Part shown: positions 26,401 to 38,400 of the stretch, one piece after another
How positions within the stretch are numbered: the stretch's first letter is position 1
Layout: each line of letters opens with the position of its first letter
Assembly (NCBI GenBank): GCA_031270515.1
Contig: JAISXM010000017.1
Location: 1 to 46,792 of the forward strand
Direction of reading: 5' to 3'
Source of the DNA: Holosporales bacterium
GTDB lineage: Bacteria > Pseudomonadota > Alphaproteobacteria > BNTO01
Length of the DNA stretch: 46,792 nucleotides
Translations under genes and position numbers: made by a program
Notes under the pieces: model-generated
Seen by the model: the letters and a program-made list of their open reading frames with translations, nothing else
Told to the model about the DNA's origin: nothing
Databases searched by the model: none

Positions 26401-29400
26401 ACTTGCTGCAAACGTTGGATCAGCCCCCAGCGCATTTCGCCGTGTGTCGCACTTGTGTTGCGCCAATTGCGCGGCTGAAGACGGATCTGTGCAGTCGCAT
26501 ACATGCTCAAACGCTGGCAACGCTGGCATCGGTTTTGTTCCAGCGCCAATATGCGGAGGTGCGTCACCGCCAGTTTCGGATTGCGGAGGCGCTGCAAGCG
26601 CTGGAGAATGCGGTTGCTTCGTGTGTTGAGCTGCCCCTAATGGCGGTTAATATTGACGCGGTTTCGTACAATATTACGAATACAACGGTGGCGAACAATT
26701 GGTTTTGTGCTTTGTTGGCGAACTTGCGCACTGTGTCCCAAGAGTATTGTAATGAATCTTTTGATGATAATACGTTTATTGCAAGTATTCACGCGTTTAG
26801 CTCAAATTTATTGCAAGAATATATCAACATAGGTGGCACAGCATTACCTGCGCCGATCCCTTTGGTTGAGCAATATGCGACACCAGATTCTGTTATATTT
26901 GAGCGGTTAGTTGAATATGTAACGAACACATGTAATCGTGTGTATTTATTGTTCAAGTCGTATTTCGAACAACCGTACTCTGGGAACTCAACTGTGCGCG
27001 ACGCCGTTATTATTACGGCGCGTTTTTGCCAAGACACTGCAGCATTGCTGGCGACGCCTTCCTTTGCAGGGCACTATTCGCTTCCAAAGGACGTGCACTT
27101 TAAATTCGCTGCACAGCTGCAATTGCTTGCGAAGCACTTAAATGAAGCGCTGGCGGATTACTCCCCCAAGTGTTGCGAGAACAACAGAGCGAGCCTCGTG
27201 CAGCGCACGTTCGCCCAGTTCGCGGAGGAAGTTGCGTTGCTGACGGACGCTCTTGTTACGCAGTCTGCTCAGGATGGCGACGCGTTTACTTGCAGTGCAA
27301 ACATAACATCGCTCAGCACGTCGCTTGGCTCATTTATAACTCAGCTGGAAAGCGTAGTCACTCATCTCGGGGTGGCGCCTGCGCCTGAAGTTTTGTGCTA
27401 TGACGCAAGCGCGCAAATTATGCAAATTGTGCCAAAACTAAACTTGGTGGTTGGCGCTGCGCATGATATATCAAGCACCGTTGACGCAAGCATCTTGCCT
27501 GCGCAACTTCCGCCAGCATGGGGCGCGGACATGGGGCCAACGGAGGAAAACTTGGTCGCGTTGGCGCGTGTGCTCAGTGCGCTAAGAGATGGACCGCGGT
27601 CTTTGAATCAAAGCTTGGTGCGCTTGCGCGAATATTTCGCACGCACGGGGGAGGTTGCGTACCAGGCGTTGCATGTGCCCAATTTAAAAAACATAAACAC
27701 CGTCCTTACAAGCATGGTCGCGCAGCTTCAGCTTTTGCAAGCTAACATGGTGAAGGCATGTCAGTCATATCAGTACTCGTTGATTATTGTGGATATTGCA
27801 CAAGAAATTAGCAAGTACCCTCCGATTATTGAAGAAATAATCGAGAGCATTAAGCTGCGCTTTTGGGCGCCGTATTCTCATGCGATACATCGCCTACGCA
27901 CGTACATTAGGGCGCAAACGCATGCGATGGCTTTGCTTCGGGATATTGGAGCCACGAATGAGGCCCTAACTGGTGCGGACAAGGATGATAAATATACTCT
28001 GCTGAGGCAATATCTCACGGCGATTAAAGGGCAATTGCAAACGTTCGCGTTGATAACGATTGACGACCTTGAAAGCGTCCACAATGAAGCGGAGATAAGC
28101 CATGTCCTTGATCAATTCGTAGCATTTGCAGATGGCCTTGGAGGTACGTCGACGTCAACACAGCTCGCGCAAATTGGGGGCATATTCGGGCGGTCGCTTC
28201 CTCCTCTTGCCCCAAGCGTCATCCCCGCGACAAATGTGTTTCAGTACATAAATGACAATATTAACTCTATCCTCGAAGAATTGCTTGCGCAGGCTGTGAG
28301 CTTGGGGATTGCCCAAAACGTCAACACAGGGCTTGGGTGCATCACAACACAAGGTTTGTTGACGACTATTGCCGCGTATTTCGAAGCGTCCGGTCCAATT
28401 GCGCGCAACATCGTCAATATGCTTGATCTGTACTCGGTGTTGTCGGATACGTTCTATGGCGGCGAGCGCATGCCTATCCATAATGTTTCTGCACAAGTAA
28501 GCAATACGTTTACTGATATATACGAAAAGATCATACAACTATCTGACTTATTCAATATTGAGCGATGTGGCTTTCTGTTTAATACATACTCATTGGGCAT
28601 CCATCCACAACTTCAGCGGCTCTCCAGTATATTGCAAGCAATTGACGTCGTTGCCGAGTTCAACTGGGCGCTACTGGATGAGCCCAATGGGGACGAGGGG
28701 ACTTCGGTGTTGGAGCTCATTGAAGGAATGACGATGTCTCTGTACAACCTCAGCGAGCATTTGCCTGCGCACTATTACTACATGGCGGATAAGTTGCGGT
28801 ATTGTTCAGCGGGGATTGTTAACGTTTACGTGGAGCAGGTATATGCGGATTTGAACCGCGTAAATAATTTGCTCGCTGGTCAACACAGTGCGCTACAGGC
28901 GCTCCCGCTTACGACGGACAACAGTGCATGCGGGGATACGCTGAATGGAGCACGATTAGATAATTTGAGCGTGACCAACAACATCGCCACATTTCTTACA
29001 CGACTTGTTGAGTTTGTTCGCTCCAGTGGGCCAAGGATCCCATTGAATAACATCCAGAAGCTAATATCATTGCAAAACGCCCTCATGCGCTTGTGCGATG
29101 TGCTGCGCGATGTTAATGGCGTAATTCAGGAAATGTGCACATTTTGTGAGAACGAAGCGGCGAGTCGGACCTTTATTTCCGGCATGGAAGCGTGTGTTAC
29201 GATCATGTACAAAAACTTGGCCGAATTAAGCGATACGCTGGCAGCATTCTGCTGTAGTGTTGACGTCGAAAATGCGCTGATATCGATTGCTCATGGTGTG
29301 AAGGCGCTGGCGGATTACATCACGGGGCAATCGTTCGACGCCGCAAAGCCAGACGCGCTGTTGGACTTTGTCCGCATAATGAACTTGCTGGAGGCGCCCA

Positions 29401-32400
29401 TCGCTGCGTATTTTAGCGCCCCCATACACAGCCCCACCCAGGACGTTGCGCTCACAGGGCTGGCGGCGCTATTGGCGTCTGGGCTCGGGTTGCCGGAGGT
29501 GCCCAGCGAAGAATACATGCGAATTGTTCCATTCAACGAATACGCAAAGAAACAATACGTGAATCAAATAATTGATCATGTTGTTACTATTCCGCGTGTA
29601 TTTGCCCAATGGCGAGCAATATTACAGGGAATGACATTGTCGAAAAATGATTATGCCGTACGCGTGGTCAGTACGTGCATCAATCGCATTGCAAAATTTG
29701 CAGAATTGTTCGAGGGCGCAACGCCAGCAAACTCCTTCCTGCACGACACGGAAGGCGTACTGTTCGTTCGTCAACATATAAGGGTGACACTTATTTCTGT
29801 CGTGGAGGAGTTGGTCGCGCTCAGGAATATATATTTGAACCATGCCGCAGAAAAGGTGGTGATGGAAGAACTGGATGTAACTCAGAATATTCTTGGCGTA
29901 TTGCCTGATGTATTAAATTTAGTATTAGCCAGAATAGAGCAGAACACATCAGACATCAATTCGCACACAGAAAGCATTGTCGCTCGCTTAATCCAACTGC
30001 CGCCTCAAAGCTTGGAGCACTTGCAGCCAGCGTTGGCGCGCCTTGGGGACGCATGGACGGCGGCGACACAACAGCGGCCGGTGGCGTCGTTCGATGACGT
30101 GTGTGGCGGCATTTCAGATATAAACAAATGCCTGTACGCGTACGTTACAAGCTTGCTGAACGCGCAGGGGCAAAACGCATCCATCGCGCACGACAGCACG
30201 AGTCCGGTTGGGGGGCGACTGACGAAGTTCAAGGATGAGCTTGAGCATTTCTTGCAGGCGCTGAACCGCGTTTCCGTCGCTGTAAAAAATCTGGAGTTTG
30301 ATGAAGAGTACGTCGCCTCGCTTGTGAATGAAAGCAGCCCAATCCTCCTGATCCTTGCTGCGAAAGAGCCAATCATGGCGCTGGCACAGACGTTGCGCGG
30401 TCAACTGGCATATGAGAGCAATGAATGGGCATATATACTTGAGTCTTTGGATGGAATGTTTGCCAAGCTCTTGGTTACTATTACAAGCATCAGGGATACA
30501 ATTGCGAATCAGGGCCCAGTCAGAGTATTGTGCACATATAAAGATGTCCTGAACCGCGTGCATTTACTCTCCCAGCAAATAGATAAGATCGTGGGCAACA
30601 GCACCATCGAAGACGCAGAGGCGTTCTTCCGCCAGCTTGTCACGCAAATTGCGGATGCGGCGGAGTTGGCTCCGGTGACTCATGCCGCGCAGTTGGATGC
30701 GATCATTGCGCTGGTCAATAGCGCTTTTTCCGTGACAGTATCTGATGCGTTTATTGAGCCAAACAGGTTGGATGTTGGGTCCATACCTGAGATACAGTAC
30801 AAGACGGAAATAAAGGTCGAGCGCATTCTTACGCAGTGCGATCGCCTCACGCATTTGTGGCTGCAAACTCCGTATGTCCTTAAGCCTGAGTTGATCAATA
30901 ATGTGTCACTTGTACTGGAAAAGGTAAAAGCGTCGCCCAGCAGCTGGAGTAAAGTCGCGAGCATCTTGGAGCGCTTCCTCGGCGAGCTTCGTGTTCCGAC
31001 ATTTTGCCTTGGGCGCAATGCGGTGCTTTGTCAAATTGAAGCAAGCACGGCGAATATGGTTCATGCACTGAATAGTGTTGCGTTGAATATGCATGTTCTT
31101 GCAGAACAAAAGTACGGGGAGCTTCTTGCTGTATTATCCGAATTGTCACCAAATATACACGGTATAAATGATGCGTATAAAACGCTTGTACACGCAGACT
31201 ATTTTGATGTGCAGTATATCAACACGTTGACACAGTTGTCTGTAATAATTGCAAATATTCAGAATAACGTAAATGCTATTGCTACAATATTTAACTGCGT
31301 GCCTAAAGTCGCCCCCCCTTTGACTCCAGCTTTGTGCGAGCAAACAGACCTCCTCATTTCGCGCATTGGGACAAATGTATGCAATGCGCAGAGGGAGCTA
31401 TTCTCGCTGATCGACAGCATCGTTCCTGAGGTAGGGCAAGTCATGCCACTTCGCCAAGAGGTAATCACGGCAATGGCGGACACGTTCGCGCCAATATTCG
31501 CCGAGTTGTGCGATGCCCTGCAATACGTAGCCGCGCATGTTTCTGGCATGACGAACTGTGTCCTCCACAACAGCGTATATCGCCGCGCGTTTGTGACGGA
31601 GCTGGTGCGGCAAGGGGTGATCATGGAGGCGTACCCCGGTAAGTTGGAGCGGCGCTTGCGGCAGTTCAAGGATTCCTACGTGGGCAGCGTCGTTCATGAG
31701 CTGCGTGGAAACGTGGAAAATCTCATGATTTTGGTGCGTGGGTTGGCTCAGGTTGACTGGGATAACAGCAAGCTGGCCTTGGTGAATGCTCGCTTTGAGC
31801 AGCTGCGCGCAAATCTGTACAGCGATGTGAATGCGTGGCTCCACCGCACGGACGACGGCCAGTGGCATGAGTTCGTTAGCCAATTGAAGTTTGGGGACTA
31901 TGTAACGATTCTGCAAAATATTTACTCTGATGTCGGTGCACCTGCTCCTGTGTTGCCAAATCTGCTGCAAACGGTGTTTGGGGAGCGTCAAATCCGTGAA
32001 GATATTACGGCGATATCTCAATTCATGGATACGGTGGTTGGTGTGATTGCGACGGACATTTACCCTGATTTTAGACAAAAACGCTTATATAACCCCGCGC
32101 TTGCTCAGGTGTTTGACGCTGTAATCGCGTTTAGCGCTGTTGCACGTGTGGATTCGTCTGATCCAATTCAGCAGCAATTGTTGGAGTGCTTGTGCCCTGC
32201 TATTGCGCGTGAAGGCTTGAGTCCCATTGTCGCGCGTGAATCGCTGAGTCCTGCGCTTTCGCTTGAAGTCCTGCGCCATTTGGAGTTCATATTGAGCCAC
32301 AATACGTGCTGCGAACCACATACAAGCAAGATGAGCAGCATATTGGATACGTATGCCGCAATTAAGCTCAATTTGCACAGAATGAGTGCTTCCACATTTG

Positions 32401-35400
32401 GTGTGCGCTCCCAAGACGTATTTTTAAAGAGTGGGCCAATCGGCGCCATGGCAGGCAAGCTGGTGGCTATGGTCACCACGCTGGGGACAACATATGCGCA
32501 GACGCAGAACTTGTTGCTTCAGTTGGAAATCTCATCCAACGGCTTGTGCATCAGTTCGCTTGATGAAGGATTGACGCAAGCGTTGGCACATTTCGCGGAC
32601 CAAATGGACGCACTGCAAGCGCACACCGCGAACATGGCGTCGCTGCACTGCGACATTAATGACTTGCAGCTTGGTGAGGCACTGGGCACGGAATTCATGC
32701 AGTTCGACACGAATATTCGTCAGCTAAATTTGTACTACGACGACAACATCGCAACGGCATGGGGCAACTTGAACCAGGCCTTGGCGCAGCAGCACTCGGC
32801 CATGCTTGCTGTAAAGGCAATGCTCACACATAACGAGATTTGTTTCTTGAGGGGGGATGTTCTCGTTGCGCAGTTCAATGAGTTTGATGACTTCCGTGCG
32901 TACATCGCAAGCTCAATCCGCGCGCTGGCTGTGTATAAGGAGTGTGCTCTCGCCCGCAGTGGTATGCATATGTATAGGATTTATCAGCAACTAGCTCCGG
33001 TTGTAATGATTTCGGATATTCTATTTAGGAATGCAACAATCAAAGATGCGCTGATTTTCATAAATAAATTGACGGTTAGTATAAATAATATCGCAGCAGT
33101 GTTGGAGGGAATTCACGACTCCAAAGTTTACGAGGTCTCATATTTGCACGGATTATTAAATCTGGAATATATTGTTTGCGACATAACTGCGGATTTATCC
33201 ACATATATAGCGAAATACGGCGTCGTTATTTCTGCAACACTGGAGGAGAACCTAACGTTCCAATCGAGCGATTTCGCCTTATATTTAGGCCAAATTATCG
33301 ACACAATGGGCACGTCAGGCAGCATATTACTTGCGCTGAAGGATTGGCGCACAAGCATAGCGGCCGAGGACGGAAGCAACCACAACGAGCGCTGCTACAC
33401 GGATATTTTTGCTGCGTTGTGTGCAAAGGTTGAAGTATTGCGAACCATAATAAGTGGTGTAAACGCGAACTTTGCCCCTGTATACGCGCAAACATTCGTG
33501 TTCCCGCCAACGGAAGCGCCCGCTCCATTCAGCCAACCCGTGCTGCAGGCGCTATTTGCACAATTGGCGCAAAACCTCACGTTTGTGAAAAGCGAATTTA
33601 CCGGCCTGCACACGCTTGTGACCAATCCAACGTGCTGCTACAAGCGCTTACAACAGCAAGCATTAATTGCGGCCACCTTCGACAAGCTACGTCGTGCCGT
33701 ACTTGGAGCGGCGCGCAACCTTGTGCAAGATCCGTTTGTATGCGAGCAGGATTTAGCCCCATGGATATTGCGGACCCAAGAGGGAACGTTGGCGCTGCAG
33801 ACGCTGGCGTCTTCGTTAACGAGCATTGCCGTGGATGCGGAGCTTACTTGCCAAGCTAGCCTGATCAGCGACAAAACAGGTCAAGTGATTATTCCTGCGT
33901 TTCAGGCTATGGTGCTTGCCGTAAGCAACATGCTGGCAACAATCGCTCCGCTTGCACCAGAAGACGCGCCGCTTGCGCTCCCGGATTTTGCCAACATATG
34001 TGCCGCGATTATCTCAGGCAATGTGCAGCTGTCATCCATTGCTGCGGGAATGAAGCTTGCTATGCAGGAACTTAAGGTGCAATTAGCTCAAATTGATATA
34101 TTCGCGTACAGCCAAGCCTTTGTGGACGCGCTGAACGAGTTCCTGCTGGCCCTGCGCGCGGCTCGTGTGCAGCTTGGGGAGTTTTGCACGTCGTTTGAGG
34201 GCGAGAACTGTTACGTATGCAATGCCGTCAGCTATACATCGCTGTTGGGGTGTGTCATGGAGAGCTTGCGCGAGTTCGAAGACGTGATTCACTTGATTGA
34301 AGGCAACAGCAGTAAGCGCTATTCACGAACACTGCATGAGCTTGTTACTGCGGTGGAACTGTTTGGACAATACTCGCATGCATTTTTTACGCAAGACTTT
34401 GATGACTTTGATCCGCAAAGAATAGAGATACTTGAGCAAGCATTAAATCTTAACGCGCGCGTATTGACGCAAATAGGCGACAGCAACGGCAATTACACGG
34501 GGATCAAAAATATCATTCACGCCGCCACAGAAGAGTTTGCCGACATTTTATATGTCGCGGATGTGGCGCTGCCTGTCCTAATGCAGGAGGCTCCGGTTTA
34601 TGGGGCAAGCTTGATCGCGCAAGACAGAGTGCGGCTGATGTATGTGTTAACGCGCTTTATAACCCTGGTTGAGCATATGCCCACAGGGCGCGGTCACTTT
34701 GTTGTCCGGTCCACGTGGCAGCGTTTGGCGAATGTGGTTGAGTCGTTCGTCGCAAAGGTCAGGGGCTTCCATACGTCGGACCTTTCCCTTGCGCATGAAT
34801 TGGCCGATCAAGCAAGCGAGCTTGCCACCGCAGAGCAGGCGTTCCTTGAGAAGGTGCGTCAGGCAACGTACTGTGAACCTATCGATGCTGTGATATTTGC
34901 GTTTGTTAATTTCGTGGATGATCTGAACTACGCGTTTAGTACAAGTAGCGCTACATTCATAAACAACCTTTCTGCGCAGGATAGTGCAACGTTTGCGGCG
35001 CGTCTTGATGATGTAACAACTAATATTGCGTCGTTAATTACTGTGATTGCGGATATTACGACTGCTCCAGTAAATGCGTCCCCGTATGTTTGCTCTATTA
35101 ATATGGAGCACGTAACGCAATTGTCGCAACAATTGGACGCCACGAAAGGCGCAGTGTTCAATGTCGTCCAAGTCATGAATCCCTATTTGACGATGCCACT
35201 TCACGCAGAGCCCGCTCATTATCCCGACAAAGTGGTGCTCATTCGGCGCATTGTCGAAATATTAAAATTGTTGCAGAACTCCATGAACGCTGCGTGGCAG
35301 AGTGCCGCCAATTGTCAGGTCCGGGATTACCACAAAGGGACCATTGATTCGGCTAAATTGCTGAATGCAAAGTTAAATGCGCTGGTGCCATGTATTCCGT

Positions 35401-38400
35401 CGCTATTTAATCTTGTGAGCGTGTGCCAGTTTTGTGAGCGGACGGAGATTGCGTTAACGTTGAGCGAAATTCCCGCAATTGTGCAACAGATCCCGAATGA
35501 TATAAATGGGGCGATCCTTTATTTGGAACAAATGTGCTGTTCGCGTCTTGCTTTTCAGACGTGTAATGTGTACGACAAATCCTACGTTATATCTAATGCA
35601 ATGAACGCACTGGCGGGCGAATCTTTGGGGGGAATTGTTGAATTCCTTTGTAATGAGGACATCCAGGCGAATTCATCCGCCCTTATAGAGCTGCTGACGT
35701 CAAATCTGCCGGATAAAAACTTTAACTTAACGCAGTGGGTCAAACTTGCGCCATTGTTTGCTGTTCCTGGAAATGACCACTGTTCCGCCAGAGAGATCGA
35801 ATATTTCTTGGATCAGTGGGATAATGTTCTTGTCCAAATAATTGCAATGTTTCCCACACAATATACAACAGGACCAAATTCTCCTCTGGAGAGGCCGCTT
35901 GTGTATACTTGCGATATATTGCCGAATGTCGTGAATTTGTGCATGGATTCTGTATCGAGTTTGTCGGCTGCGCTTGGCATCCTCATAAACAAAGTGGAAT
36001 ATCATGTATTCGTTTACCCGAAAGTGCTGAATTTGTGTCGATTACTGGCGGAGTTCGTTGGGGCACTTAATTCTCTTTCGTCTATTAACTTGGCGCAGAC
36101 AACTGATGTATTTTGCACAAAGTGTCAGAGCGAAAGCGTTTTTATAAATGCACTGCGTAAAAAGAATGCGTCTGATGTATTAGTGTTCGATGAACTCAGA
36201 ATGCACGTAGAAACATTAATAAAAATATTATCAGATTATTGCGATAACGAAGCCGTTCAAGCCTTTGATTATTTCAGGTTTAACATTTCTTTGCTGAATA
36301 ATATACTTATAAATTTAAGTAGAGAACTTGTTCCTTTTTGGAATAGCAATCTTGTAGATGACTCGAAATACTACGAAATCTTGAATATCAACGACCTTTA
36401 CTCCCGTATGTCCAGCACAGACTACGGCTTAAACGAGTTGCTTCGCTTGATCGTAGCAAATGCGCCAACTGCAAGTACAACATATTGCCAAGTTGGCAAT
36501 ATCGCCCATTTGGCGACGTCGTTTGCCCATAAGTTCGCGGAGGTTGTTGCGCTTTTTGCTGAATTTACCAAGGACTTTAGATATGCAGAGCAGAAGAATG
36601 AATATCAAGAGCTTGCGCCGTCTAATGATAAGTTAGCGCTTGCCAGAGTGCTTAGCGACGTCAAAACTGAGATTGCAAACGTCTTTAGTTCCCTCGAACA
36701 GATATCTACGCAAATCAATTCAAATCAATTGACTACTAATATTAAAATCGCGTCTGGTGTACTTGAACTAAGTAATAACCTTAATGTGCAAATGTCACAT
36801 TTCGAAGCGCTATATCATGCGTGGGGCAACTTCCCTTGTCCGAAATGGAACGATTGTAAAGCATGCGAGATGCAGCTTAGCTTTTGTGACAATTGCGATA
36901 AGGTTCCGCCTCCAGGGTGTTTGTGTAATTTTATAAATGGAACACCTGTGCGTAAGCAAATATGGGATATAAGGTCCAAAATAAAAATGATGGCTGACTT
37001 TTTAGATAGATTGAGCCAAGTTATATCTCCAAACTGTTGCGTTGAGCCATTTAAACCATTATTTCAATTGCCGGATTCTATGCTGATAGTGCAGTGTAAC
37101 GTGTTGGACTTTTTTAGGTGGGCAGACATACTCAATAGTCCGAATTACCTTGTCGAATTCGTAGAATGTCTAAGCACAAATATTTCTTTCGTAGGCGAAG
37201 CATTACACGCAATACTTCAAAAGCGTGAAGAGACTCGTGATAATCCTAATAATTGTCGGATGAAATTGTTCTCCGATGAGCTAGTCCTATTACGTGACAA
37301 TACTTTGAAGCTTGTAAATGGAACAACCGAGATTATTGAGCTGCACCAAATTCCACAGTCATTTAGGCAAAGGTGGGACGATTTGAAACCGACTTGTACC
37401 GAGATACCGTCTATGCTGCCGATTTTTGGGAAGTGTGTTATTCAAATAACGGCGTACTTTGACAAATTCACAGAGCTGGTGCGTACTGCGGAGGAGATTG
37501 ACGCACATAAAGAAGCTCTAATAAACAAGTTGGCGCTCGACCCACTGCAGGTGCTGTACCAACAACTTATAGAGATAGAAGGTTTTGTATCGTCGTTAGT
37601 ATTGGTGGGGGATCAACGGCAAATTTGCGCAAACTGCAACAGAGATGTGATGAACGAAAACTTTACGTTGCTAAAAGAAAACCTTCACCTTTGGGCTGAC
37701 GCAGTACTCAATTTGAAGAATGCGTTTGTGTCAAAGTATTGCTGTGAGGGCACGGACGAGTCGTTTGCTAATGTGGAGTATATCACCAATATTATAAAAT
37801 TAAACGTGGACCAGTTGGCAACATATCGGTTCTCTGTCTATGAGATTTATTATGATATATATGCGGATGAAATAAAGGGGGTTGAGGGCGCCATTGATGT
37901 TGTGCGCGAATATTTGGTTAAATATTTGTCGATTCGCCAATCACTTCCAAAATCAACAGCCGTCGACTTCTGTTTTATGGCGCATATTGGCCCAACGTTT
38001 GTTGACTTGGGGAACATATTGCAGGGGAACGTGCTTGGTGCGATAAGCGCGCTGTTTAACCGCTTGGGGGTGACGTTTATATCGCCAGATCCCGGGATTA
38101 CATTTATCCACGGCACCTGCAGTTCGTTTGGCATACGGCTGGAGTCCGTCGCCAGCGCATTCGACGCCATAGCGACAAACATGCTTAGCATATTCAGCGA
38201 GTTGAGCGACGTCGCGCTGCATCGTTCGCCGGCTCACACCACGGAGGGATACAGCGCCGTTCAAGGGGTGGTGCGCGCGTTGGCGGATATGTCTGTGGTT
38301 ATGTTCGGGATATATACTAACGCAGAGCACAAGAAAATATGTGAAAACTGTAATCATGCCAACGTGTTGTCCCATATTTATAACGGACAGGCAACGCTTG

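Noticed and set aside
31398-32078. 226-aa antisense ORF inside the 7,574-aa gene (and similar ORFs at 23690..24145, 25953..26375 and 37953..38423)
   Set aside because: These are shadow ORFs opposite a continuous 22.7-kb frame, with R/H/Q-rich nonsense-like composition.
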